Below, in pieces: positions 43,891-53,044 of a DNA stretch of 64,000 bases. Below the pieces are notes generated by a model. The model worked only from the letters and a program-made list of their open reading frames with translations, did not search any database and was not told the origin of the DNA. Each line of letters starts with the position of its first letter. Position 1 is the first letter of the stretch. This DNA comes from an uncultured Actinomycetes bacterium (GTDB lineage: Bacteria > Actinomycetota > Thermoleophilia > UBA2241), in NCBI GenBank assembly GCA_963709345.1, contig CAVPVX010000002.1:32001-96000 (forward strand), written 5' to 3'. The position numbers were made by a program, and so were the translations under genes.

Positions 43891-44823
43891 TCAAACGCCG
43901 GGCTGCGCCGGGAGGCCGAGCAGGCCGAGGAAGGCACTGAGCTCGCGTGGGAGCGGGCTTGCACACGCGATCTCCCGCCCGTCGTCCGGGTGGGGGAACG
44001 CGAGGCGGGCGGCGTGGAGGAACTGGCGCCCGAGACCCTCGGGGCGCGGCAGGCGTCCGTACTGCACGTCACCGGCCACGGGGTAGCCGAGCGCCGAGAA
44101 GTGCACGCGGATCTGGTGTGTGCGGCCGGTCTCGAGCCGAACCTTGGCGAGCGTGAACCCGCCGGCCCGACCGAGCACCTCGAAGTGCGTCACGGCCGGG
44201 CGCCCCGCCACGGTGTGCAGCGACATGCGCTTGCGGTCACGCACGTGCCGGCCGATGGGCGCGTCGATGGTCCCCACATCCTGCGGCAGGTCGCCCGCGA
44301 GCAGAGCCAGGTAGACGCGGTGGATGTCGCGACGCTCCATGGCCGCGACCAGGCGCCGGTAGGCGTCGTCGCGCCGTGCCACGATCAGCAGCCCGGAGGT
44401 GTCCTTGTCGAGACGATGCACGATGCCGGGTCGTCGCTCGTGGCCCCCACGTGCTCCCGCGGCGACCAGGCCCTGGGCGAGCGTGCCGTGCTCGTGCCCG
44501 GGAGCCGGGTGGACGACGATCCCCGCCGGCTTGTCGACGACGAGCAGCCAGTCGTCCTCGTACACGACCGCGTACTCCACATCTTCCGGAGCGAGAGCGC
44601 CGCCGGTGTCCGGCGGCGCCGTCCACGCCACCTCTTCGCCGACGCGCAAGACGTGCTTCTTGGGCGCCGGGGCGCCCCCGACGAGGACGAGACCCAGAGC
44701 GATGAGCCGCTGTGCCGCCGACCGGCTCAGGCCGGCGTGCTCGGCGAGGACGACGTCCAGGCGCGACCCCTCGTCGGCCGGAGGGACGGTGAAGCGAGCG
44801 CCCGACTCAGGCTCGCCGGACAT
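43891..44823 (-). CDS. rluD: RluA/RluD family pseudouridine synthase
   Basis: S4 domain, [22 protein letters not shown]. Confidence 0.9.
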   Translation of the reverse strand: MSGEPESGARFTVPPADEGSRLDVVLAEHAGLSRSAAQRLIALGLVLVGGAPAPKKHVLRVGEEVAWTAPPDTGGALAPEDVEYAVVYEDDWLLVVDKPAGIVVHPAPGHEHGTLAQGLVAAGARGGHERRPGIVHRLDKDTSGLLIVARRDDAYRRLVAAMERRDIHRVYLALLAGDLPQDVGTIDAPIGRHVRDRKRMSLHTVAGRPAVTHFEVLGRAGGFTLAKVRLETGRTHQIRVHFSALGYPVAGDVQYGRLPRPEGLGRQFLHAARLAFPHPDDGREIACASPLPRELSAFLGLLGLPAQPGV

Positions 44824-45256
44824 GGAGCACCTGCCAGCCGAGCAGTATGGTCCCCACCACGATGGCCACGTCGGCGACGTTGAAGGCGGGCCACGAGTAG
44901 AAAGCGACGAAGTCGACGACGGCGCCGTCGAAACGGAGGCGGTCGATCAGATTGCCGACAGCGCCGCCGAGGATGACGCCAAGCGCGATCCGGTACCTCG
45001 CCGGGCTCAAGGCCAGGGCGACGGCCACGCCTGCGGCTACGGCCGCCACCAGGACGACGACCACCGTGCCCGCCCCGGCCAGCCGGCTGAACGAGATGCC
45101 GGAGTTGTACGTGAGCACGACCCGGAGCCCGCCGGCGACGTCGATCGGCAGGTCGTCGGCCGCTGCGCGGACAAGCCACTTGCTGACCTGGTCCGCGATC
45201 AGGACGCCGGCCGCCAACGCCAGAGCGACGCCGAGCCGGCTGCTACTTCTTGCCAC
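44807..45256 (-). CDS. lspA: Lipoprotein signal peptidase II
   Basis: YNSGISF, GNLIDRL, VVDF, FNVAD. Confidence 0.93.
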   Translation of the reverse strand: MARSSSRLGVALALAAGVLIADQVSKWLVRAAADDLPIDVAGGLRVVLTYNSGISFSRLAGAGTVVVVLVAAVAAGVAVALALSPARYRIALGVILGGAVGNLIDRLRFDGAVVDFVAFYSWPAFNVADVAIVVGTILLGWQVLHVRRA

Positions 45257-45407
45257 GCAGCTTCCGCGGGGCGTCCAGTTCCGTGACCTCGAGGTGACCC
45301 ATGGGGCAGCTCGGCTCCTTGACTTTGCCGGACCGGCCGCCGTCGTGGACGACGATGTTCAGTGGATACGTCGCGTTGCAGCGCTTGCAGTAGGCGAGCT
45401 TCGCCAT
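45243..45407 (-). CDS. Small 54-aa putative zinc-ribbon protein (not in the ORF track)
   Basis: AAAGGAG SD + ATG; [54 protein letters not shown]; fills the gap and overlaps the lspA start. Confidence 0.8.
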   Translation of the reverse strand: MAKLAYCKRCNATYPLNIVVHDGGRSGKVKEPSCPMGHLEVTELDAPRKLRGKK

Positions 45408-45426
45408 CGCACACTCCTTTGCTCGT

Positions 45427-45732
45427 TCAGAGACCGAGTCTATGCTTCGCCTCGGCCAGCGTCACCCCGGTCACCTTGAGCAGCTTGCGCCGCGACCGGG
45501 CGCCGGCGGCCACCGAGACGTCGCTCCGCCGTACCCCGAGCGTCTTGGCGAGCAGGCGCACGAGCTCGTCGTTCGCGCGACCCTCGATCGCCGGTGCGGC
45601 CAGACGGACACGCAGGCGACCGTCGACCACGCCGCTCACCTCGCTGCGGCGCGCTCCGGGCGCGACCCAGACGCTGAGACCCAGCCCGTCGCGCCCGTCC
45701 CTCAGCGGCGTCTGCTCACCACTTGAACTCGT
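45427..45732 (-). CDS. DUF167 (YggU) family protein, probable ACG start
   Basis: LSVWVAPGARRSEV, AAPAIEGRAN, GARSRRK; first beta-strand lies upstream of the first GTG (45639). Confidence 0.82.
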   Translation of the reverse strand, partial: TSSSGEQTPLRDGRDGLGLSVWVAPGARRSEVSGVVDGRLRVRLAAPAIEGRANDELVRLLAKTLGVRRSDVSVAAGARSRRKLLKVTGVTLAEAKHRLGL

Positions 45733-46762
45733 TCTCGTTCACCCCGCTGTCGACATCGGCCAGCAGGTCGTCGCTCTCCCCGAACAGGATGCGCTCCCTG
45801 GCCGGCGCCGCTTCCGGCGCCGCGGGACTCACCTCGTCCGCCACGTCATCCGCCTGCTCGGCCTCCGGCGCGGGACCGCGACTCATGGTGACCTCGGGCT
45901 CGTCGGGAGCCCGACGGCGCCCACCCTCGACGCCGCGTCGTGCCGTGACCACGGCGCCGTCCGCGGGCGCGGATGCGCCCCTCGGCTGCGCCGGCTCTGC
46001 CGCGGACGCCGGCGCGGATCCCGCGACCGGGACGGCAGCGACCGGCGGGGCAGGCTCTACCGGCCGAGCAGGCTCCACCGGCGGGGCAGGGTCCACCGGC
46101 GGCGCAGGCTCTACCGGCCGAGCAGGCGCGTCCGGCCCGACCGGCTCGGGGCGCGCCGTGGCCGGCTGTGTCGCGGTGACGTCGGGCGCCACGGATCCCG
46201 GCTGCGGCCGGACCGAGGCCGCCGGAACCGCCGGCCCGGAGACCGTCTCTCTGGCGATGGCCTCCTTGATCGCCTCCGCCTGCCGGGCGAAATCGCCTTC
46301 TGGCGCCGCCGTCCGGGAGGCGGGGGCGTCGCCCAACTGCTGCAGATACCCGTCGAGCAACTGCCGGAACCTGAAGCGGAAGTCGTCCCGCGCGCTCTTC
46401 AGCTTGGCCGTCGCCTGTTCGAGCGACTGCCGTTCCGTGTACGCCTCGTCGATCATCTGACGCGCCTTGAGCTCGGCGTCCTGCAGGATGAGCTGCGCCT
46501 CCTTGCCCGCGTTCCGCTTCTGCTCCTCGGCGCTGGCCTGCGCGTTCACGAGCGTCTTCTGCAGCGTCTCTTCGATGCGCTGGTAACCGGCCACCTTTTC
46601 CTCGAGGGCTTCGACGCGCTCGCGGAAGTCGATGTTCTCCTTGAACAGGCGCTCATACTCGTCGGCCACCTCGTCAAGAAACTCGTCGACCTCGACGTCG
46701 GCGTAGCCACGCATGCCGCGCTTGAACTCCTTGTGACGGATGTCCAGCGGTGTGAGCTTCAT
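45716..46762 (-). CDS. divIVA: DivIVA domain protein with Pro/Ala-rich tail
   Basis: LTPLDIRHKEF..RGY..EVDEFLD, coiled coil. Confidence 0.92.
   Translation of the reverse strand: MKLTPLDIRHKEFKRGMRGYADVEVDEFLDEVADEYERLFKENIDFRERVEALEEKVAGYQRIEETLQKTLVNAQASAEEQKRNAGKEAQLILQDAELKARQMIDEAYTERQSLEQATAKLKSARDDFRFRFRQLLDGYLQQLGDAPASRTAAPEGDFARQAEAIKEAIARETVSGPAVPAASVRPQPGSVAPDVTATQPATARPEPVGPDAPARPVEPAPPVDPAPPVEPARPVEPAPPVAAVPVAGSAPASAAEPAQPRGASAPADGAVVTARRGVEGGRRRAPDEPEVTMSRGPAPEAEQADDVADEVSPAAPEAAPARERILFGESDDLLADVDSGVNENEFKW
46041..46130. repeat. 18-bp tandem repeat x5 within divIVA (PVEPA[P/R])
   Basis: accggcggggcaggctct / accggccgagcaggctcc / accggcggggcagggtcc / accggcggcgcaggctct / accggccgagcaggcgcg. 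Confidence 0.85.
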
Positions 46763-46826
46763 CGTGCTCCCTTCTCGCTCTCGCGGCCCGCGCCGCTCAA
46801 CCTGTCCATCTCCCGGGTCGCCACCG

Positions 46827-47621
46827 CTACGCCAGTTCCCCCGCTCGCCGGGATGCGGTCTCGACCGCGTGATCGATCGCGGCCGCGATCTCGTGCTCCT
46901 CGAGGGTCGCGATGGCCGCCGCCGTCATTCCGCCGGGAGTCGCGCCGGCGGCGATGATCGCCGCGGGGTCTCCCTGCTTGGCGATCATCGCGGCGGCGCC
47001 GTACACGCCGCTGATGGCGAGACGCACAGCCACATCCGGGGCGAGGCCGCGACGCTCCGCGGCGCTCGCGAAGTCGCGCACGACCATGGCCAGAATGCCG
47101 GGCATGCACCCGGCGACCACCGTCGCTGCGTCGAACTCGCTTTCGCGCATGGGCACGACGATGCCGGCACGGGCGAACACCGCCGCCACCACGTCCTCGT
47201 CGTCGCCCAGAGTGCCCGGCACCAGGAGGAAGACGCCCAGACCGAGAGCCGCGGCGAGGTTCGGCATCACCCGGCCGACCTTCGCGTCGTCGGGAAGTGC
47301 CGCACGCAGCCGCTCCATCGAGACCCCGGCGGCGACGGAGACCAGCACGCGCGACCCGAGCAGGCCGGCCACGTCGGCCAGCACTCCCTCCACGTGGTGC
47401 GGGCGCACCGCGACCACCACCACGTCGGCGGACTCGACCAGCCCCGCAAGGGTCGGCGCCGCAGCGCCACCGGTCTCACGCGCTGCGAAGGCGGCCGCAG
47501 CGGGAACGACGTCGTAGAAGGACAGCATGATCGTGTCGTCCGCACCGGTCCGCGCGAGGCCCTGCGCCATCGCGCGCGTGATGTGCCCGGCGCCGACGAA
47601 GCCGACGTTCACGGTCGACAA
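46827..47621 (-). CDS. proC: Pyrroline-5-carboxylate reductase
   Basis: GFVGAGHI, SVAAGVS, RVMPN, TPGGMT. Confidence 0.88.
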   Translation of the reverse strand: MSTVNVGFVGAGHITRAMAQGLARTGADDTIMLSFYDVVPAAAAFAARETGGAAAPTLAGLVESADVVVVAVRPHHVEGVLADVAGLLGSRVLVSVAAGVSMERLRAALPDDAKVGRVMPNLAAALGLGVFLLVPGTLGDDEDVVAAVFARAGIVVPMRESEFDAATVVAGCMPGILAMVVRDFASAAERRGLAPDVAVRLAISGVYGAAAMIAKQGDPAAIIAAGATPGGMTAAAIATLEEHEIAAAIDHAVETASRRAGELA

Positions 47622-47678
47622 GCGCGGCGAAGCGCGGCGGAACGGGTCACGGTGCGCCGGCCGGAGGCCTGCGGCGCC

Positions 47679-48209
47679 TCAGAATTGATTGAAGAAGCCC
47701 TTCTCAATGAGACGCGCCCGCTCCTCGGCCGAGACCTCGACATTACGCGGGGTGAGCAGGAAGATCCTCTCCCCCACCCGTTGCATGCCACCGTCGAGTG
47801 CGTAGGTAAGGCCGCTCCCGAAGTCGATCAGTCGCTTCGACAGGTCGGTATCGGCGCTCTGAAGGTTGACGATGACGGGTACGTCGACCTTGAACTTGTC
47901 GGCGATCTGCTGGGCGTCGTTGAAGTTCTTCGGGATCACCAGGTGGACCTCGACGCGCGCGGGGCGGACCGGCTCGATGGCGCGCACGACAGGCGACGCC
48001 GGCGCGCGGCGGCGCGGCTCATCTGAGAAGATCTCGTCGTAGTCGCTGCGGCCACGTCCCCCGTTCAGCTTACGAACGTTGGGGCGCTCCTGGTAGGACC
48101 GCTCGAGCTCCTCGTGCGGGGCCATGGTCTCATCTTCTTCGTAGTCATCGTCGTCGTCGGCGATGCCGAAGTAGACCGCCACCTTGTGCCACGAATCTCC
48201 CAAGCCCAT
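47679..48209 (-). CDS. sepF: Cell division protein SepF
   Basis: PKNFNDAQQIAD, RLIDFGSGL, FLLTP. Confidence 0.93.
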   Translation of the reverse strand: MGLGDSWHKVAVYFGIADDDDDYEEDETMAPHEELERSYQERPNVRKLNGGRGRSDYDEIFSDEPRRRAPASPVVRAIEPVRPARVEVHLVIPKNFNDAQQIADKFKVDVPVIVNLQSADTDLSKRLIDFGSGLTYALDGGMQRVGERIFLLTPRNVEVSAEERARLIEKGFFNQF

Positions 48210-48228
48210 AAGGTTCCTCCCTACCGGG

Positions 48229-48927
48229 TCAGAAGAGCACGCTTCCGACTCTCACGATGGTCGCCCCTTCAGCCACTGCGACCTCGTAGTCGGCGCTCGT
48301 ACCCATCGATAGCTGCTGGAAAGTATACGTTCCGCTCCACTCTGTAGAAAGCCGCTCCGCCAGTTCGCGCGCCCGGGCGAAGTAGGGGCGCGCCTCTTCG
48401 GCGTCCTCGAACAGCGGCGGCATGCACATCAATCCGGTGAACCGCGCCTTGGGAAACGCCGCCGCCGCCTCGAGAAACGCATCCACGCCGTCGAGCGGGA
48501 CTCCGCTCTTGCTCTCCTCGCCGGCGATGTTCACTTCCAAGAGCACCTCGATGGGGTTCGCGGCGCGCGTCTCGATCTCCTGCACCACGCTGAGGCTCGC
48601 GACTGAGTGGAGGAGGCTGACGAGCGGGATCACCGTCTTCGTCTTGCGGCTCTGCAGGTGACCGATGAAGTGGTACTCGAAGGCATCTCCGAAGCGCGCG
48701 TGCTTGGCGGCGAGGTCCTGGGCGCGATTCTCGCCGATGAGCCGGACGCCGGCGTCGCGGAGCGCGCCCAGGTGGTCGACCGCGACGTACTTCGTCGCCA
48801 CGAGCACGCGTACGGACGCCGGCTCGCGACCGGCGGCCTCTGCCGCGTCACCGACCCGGCGCCGCACCTCGGCGAACCGCTCCCGAACCTTCTCCGCGTC
48901 TGGAACGAACTGTCTGACCACGAACAT
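48229..48927 (-). CDS. yggS: PLP homeostasis protein YggS
   Basis: ATKY, GENRAQ, HFIGHLQ, LSMGTS, VRVGS. Confidence 0.93.
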   Translation of the reverse strand: MFVVRQFVPDAEKVRERFAEVRRRVGDAAEAAGREPASVRVLVATKYVAVDHLGALRDAGVRLIGENRAQDLAAKHARFGDAFEYHFIGHLQSRKTKTVIPLVSLLHSVASLSVVQEIETRAANPIEVLLEVNIAGEESKSGVPLDGVDAFLEAAAAFPKARFTGLMCMPPLFEDAEEARPYFARARELAERLSTEWSGTYTFQQLSMGTSADYEVAVAEGATIVRVGSVLF

Positions 48928-48957
48928 CCTCCTCGGCGCCCTCTTTCTGGGGCGACC

Positions 48958-49752
48958 CTACGCTTCCTGCCGCCACGCTATCGCGAGATGCCGTCCGGTC
49001 ACGCCGCCGTCGCGCCGGTGCGAGAAGAACCGCGCGTCCGTCGCAGTGCACAGGCCGGTGACCGTCACGCCCGCCGGCGGCACGCCGGCGGCCTCGAGTT
49101 CGAGCCGCGCGCAGCGCCAGAGGTCGACGGTGGTGGCGCCGGCGGACCCCGGGAATCGGGCCGCGAACCGGCGCCGCAGCTCTTCGTCGACGGCGAAGCA
49201 GCAGGGCCCGATGCTCGGGCCCACGATCGCCGCCACCAGACGGCGACCGCGGCCGAGCTCGGCGGCCGCCTCGCCGACGATCCCGGCGAGCATGCCGCGC
49301 CAGCCGGCGTGCACGGTAGCAAGCGCCGGTCCGTCGTCTCCCGCCGCGACGATGACGACCGGCACGCAGTCCGCGTAGCTGACGACCAGCGCCAGTCCCG
49401 GAGTGCTCGTCAGCAGGCCGTCGTGATCGTGGAGCACGCTCTCGCGGTCCCGCGCACCGCGGCCGGCCTCCGCCTCGCCGACCCACACCAGCGCGACGCC
49501 GTGCACCTGGCCGGGCACGACCAGCTGCTCGGGCGGCACGCCGACGGCGACGCAGAGACGCCTCCGGTTCTCGAGCACGAGGTCGGGCGCGTCGCCGACC
49601 GAGAGCCCGAGGTTCAGAGCAGCGAAGGGCGGGCTCGAGACGCCGCCCAGCCGCGTCGGGAAGGCGGCGCTCACACCGCCCGCATCCCAGGCGAGCCAGC
49701 TCAGACCGTCGCGCTCACGCCACTCCACGCGCGGCTTCTCCACGACGTTCAT
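48958..49752 (-). CDS. pgeF: PgeF/YfiH family purine nucleoside phosphorylase (laccase domain)
   Basis: QVHG, ADCVPV, HAGWRG, FFSHRR; start ATG 49752. Confidence 0.9.
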   Translation of the reverse strand: MNVVEKPRVEWRERDGLSWLAWDAGGVSAAFPTRLGGVSSPPFAALNLGLSVGDAPDLVLENRRRLCVAVGVPPEQLVVPGQVHGVALVWVGEAEAGRGARDRESVLHDHDGLLTSTPGLALVVSYADCVPVVIVAAGDDGPALATVHAGWRGMLAGIVGEAAAELGRGRRLVAAIVGPSIGPCCFAVDEELRRRFAARFPGSAGATTVDLWRCARLELEAAGVPPAGVTVTGLCTATDARFFSHRRDGGVTGRHLAIAWRQEA

Positions 49753-50390
49753 CCTCCCGGGAGGATCCGGAGTGCGAGGTCGAGCACGACGCCGAAGGTG
49801 GCCTCGAAGGCGCCGGGCACGGCGACGAGCACGACGAACAGCCCGATGAAGACCATGTTGCCGAACCGGTCGAGGTCGGCCCAGCTGCGGTACACGTCCC
49901 GCGGGAGGAAGCCGCCGACGACCCGCGAGCCGTCCAGCGGCGGTATCGGGATGAGGTTCAGCGTGCCGAGGATGATGTTCAGCACGAACAGCATGTACAG
50001 CGTCTCGGCGAGGAAGAGACTCCACGTGTACGTCAACCAGATGAGCCCGGCCGCCGCCAGAGCGACGGCGAAGTTCACGGCCGGCCCCGCGGCGCCCACC
50101 CACATCATGCCGCGCTGTTCGTTCTTGAAGTGACGGGGATCGACGGGGACGGGTTTGGCCCAACCGAAGAAGAAGGTGCCCTGCGACCCCAGGAACGTGA
50201 CCCCCAGCATGATCGTCCCCCAGGTGTCGAGATGCTTCAGGGGATTGAGCGTGAGCCGCCCGTGCGCCTTGGCGGTGGGGTCGCCGAGCTTCCAGGCCAC
50301 CCAGCCGTGCGCGAGTTCGTGCAGCACGAGGCTGACCAGCAGAAGCGGGGAGATGAGCAGAAAGCGTACGAGGAGGCTGGTCTCGGTCAT
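49749..50390 (-). CDS. Site-2 protease (M50) family protein
   Basis: HELAH, GRLTLNPL, NLIPIPPLDG; start ATG 50390. Confidence 0.9.
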   Translation of the reverse strand: MTETSLLVRFLLISPLLLVSLVLHELAHGWVAWKLGDPTAKAHGRLTLNPLKHLDTWGTIMLGVTFLGSQGTFFFGWAKPVPVDPRHFKNEQRGMMWVGAAGPAVNFAVALAAAGLIWLTYTWSLFLAETLYMLFVLNIILGTLNLIPIPPLDGSRVVGGFLPRDVYRSWADLDRFGNMVFIGLFVVLVAVPGAFEATFGVVLDLALRILPGG

Positions 50391-53009
50391 GCCTCGACCC
50401 GCATCTTCGCCGCCGCACTGAGTTGCTCGTCGCGCGTCCGGATGACGCCGTTGAGCTTGAGGTGGAGGACGCTGCGCAGCACCTCCCCGAGCCGCGGTCC
50501 CGTGGTGAAGCCGAGCCCGAGGAGGTCTTCCCCGCCGATCTCCAGGCGCACGTGCCGGGTCGTGTCGACGAAGCGGCCGAGGCGCCCGGCCGCGATCCCC
50601 GAGTCGTCGAGCGCCATCGCCGCGAGCAGCGCCTCGGCCGGCTCGCCGTGAGCCAGCTCGTAGAGGTCGGCCTCGCTGGGGCCACGGGCGACCCGCGCGA
50701 CGAGCAGGCGGCCGACGACCAGCGCCCGCTCGAGCACCTGGGCGTCGTCGTGACGCACCCGCATGCGTCCCGTCCACGCCGCGATCTCCTCCGGCTCCAG
50801 GTCGCGGAGCAGCCAGACGAGGCGGAGCCGCCAGAGCCGGACCTCACCGGCCAGGTCGTGCACGGCGCACAGGGCATCGGCGCGCCGCACGACGTCTCTC
50901 GTGTCCTCGTCGGCGCGAAGCCGCGCGTGGATCGACGACCAGAGACCGAGCGCCTCCAGCCGCTGCAGCGAGAACTCGATCTTCTCCTCGTCCAGCAGCG
51001 CCACCAGTTCGTCGCGCAGCCGGGCCGACGACAGGTCGCCGACCAGGTCCATGGCGCAGCAGGCCCGGGCGAGATTGAGCGTATGCTCGTCCATGCGTAA
51101 TCCGTACCGGGTCTCGTACCGTATCGCCCGAAGGATGCGCGTGGGATCCTCGATGAAGCTCAGGTTGTGCAGCACCGCGATGCGGCCGGCCGCGAGGTCG
51201 TCGACGCCGCCGAAGTAGTCGTAGAGGTCGCCGAAGGTCTCCGGCTTGAGCGAGACCGCGAGAGCGTTGATGGTGAAGTCGCGGCGCGCCAGGTCGCTCC
51301 GGATCCCGGCGTGCTCGACCTTGGGCAGCGCCGCGGGGTACTCATAGGATTCGCGGCGCGTCGAGGCCACGTCCACACGCAACCGTTCCTCCCCCGAGCT
51401 GCCGGCGACCACCACCGCGGTGCCGAACTTCTCGTGCGGGCGGACGTGCCCCTTGAGGCGACCGGCGAGCTCGGTCGCGAACGCGATGCCGTCCCCCTCG
51501 ACGGCGAGGTCGACGTCGAAGCCGGGCTCGCCGAGCAACAGATCACGGACGGCACCACCGACGAGGTAGCAGCCGCGGACGCCGGCGGCGACGGCCTGGA
51601 CGTGGCGCAGCAGCTCGTCCCGGCCCAGATCCCCCAGCTCGCCGGCGAGGTTCGCGACCGCGGGAGCGGCCGGCTCCTCCGCGACGAACCCGGCCACCGC
51701 CCGCCGCGTCACCACGCCGGCGACGGCGGTCAACGGCAGCGCCCCCTCGTCACTCTCGACGTCGGCGTGCGTGACCGTCAGCCAGCCTATGACATCCTGC
51801 GCAAGCTCCAGGGCCACGCGCTCGAGAGGGGCCCCGGCGCTCACGCTGGGAACGCGCGAGCTGGTCACGGCCTTGACGGGCGCGTGCCCCAGGCCGTGCG
51901 CCCCCGCACGCTCGAGGTCGGCGAGCGCGACGCGGCCGACGAGCATCCCACCGTCGATGACCCCGACGCCCCCGTAGCCGGCGCGCCGGCACTCGAGCGC
52001 CGCCTCGTCGACGGACGTCGTTGCCGTAACCGTGGGCGGCCCCGGCTCGAGCGCGTCGGCCGCGGTGCGCACCGGCGCGACCGCCCTGCTCGCCGCCGCC
52101 GCGACATCTGCCGCCACCGCCTCCAGCGCCCTGTCCTTGACGACGGCCGACGCGGCCGCCGGGTGCCCGCCACCGCCGACGGCCGAGAGCGCCCGCGCGA
52201 CGTCGAGCCGGCCGCCCCTGCTGCGCCCCGTCACGAACACGCGGTTCTCCATTGCCACGAGCAGGAAGTACGCGTCACAGCCGGTCAGATCCATGATGCG
52301 GTGCGCGACGACGCTGACGCCCTCGACGTAGAGATCCTCGCGGAGCGTCGAGAGAAGCACTACGGCGCCGGCGATAGGCAGTTCCTCTGCCGTCCCAAGC
52401 GCCGCCGCCAGCGTGCGCCGCTGCGCCGGCGAGAGCGCGCCGGTCAGCCACCTCTCGAGCAGCGCGACGTCGGCCCCGGCGCGCATGCAGAACGCGAGCG
52501 CCTCAGCATCCCGGGCCGTCGTGGTGGAGAAGGTCAGCGACCCGGTGTCCTCGTGGATGCCGAGCGCGAAGACCGTTGCCTCGAACGGCGTGACCGGGAT
52601 CCCCCGCTCGGCGATGATGTGCACGAGGAGCGTGACCAGCGAGCCGTCGCTCGAGCTCACGAGGTCGTCCGGCCGCAGGCACGGCGGGAGGTCGCCGGTG
52701 TGCCCATGATGGTCGAACGCCACGACCTGGACCCCGCTGCGCTCGCAGAGGTCGCCGAGATCGCCCAGCCGGTTCAGGGTGCACGGTGTCGACGAGGATG
52801 AGGCGTTCGACCGTGTCCCGGTCGACGTCGCCTGGGTCGATCACCGGCACGAGATCGGCGTGCAGCGCCTGGAACTCACGAACGTTCCGGTTGACGGCCC
52901 CGCCGAGGCAGATGGACGCTTCGGGGTAGAGCTTGTGCGCGGCGACCATCGCCGCGAACCCGTCGAAGTCCGTGTTGGTGTGTGTCGCGATCAGCTCGGG
53001 TGTACGCAT
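50387..53009 (-). CDS. DHH-DHHA1-CBS-tRNA nucleotidyltransferase (A-adding type), +1 frameshift near 52777-52779
   Basis: THTNTDFD, DHH, GGGGH, CBS pair, VGGAVRD..DVD, RRDFTINA, DPTRILR; the two halves are in different frames (span 3n+1). Confidence 0.88.
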
Positions 53010-53015
53010 GCCTGC

Positions 53016-53021
53016 AGTATA
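53016..53021 (-). promoter_or_regulatory. -10 box of a probably leaderless transcript
   Basis: TATACT 6 nt upstream of ATG 53009, no SD. Confidence 0.65.
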
Positions 53022-53044
53022 CGGGAGCCGGGCGTGGCCGCCCG

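Noticed and set aside
46041-46130. Tandem repeats as a CRISPR array
   Set aside because: The 18-bp in-frame coding units have no spacers and there are no cas genes
52770-52785. CCC-TGA as a programmed +1 frameshift site in the tRNA nucleotidyltransferase
   Set aside because: CCC TGA is not in the incoming reading frame (CAC CCT GAA), so a homopolymer indel is the simpler explanation
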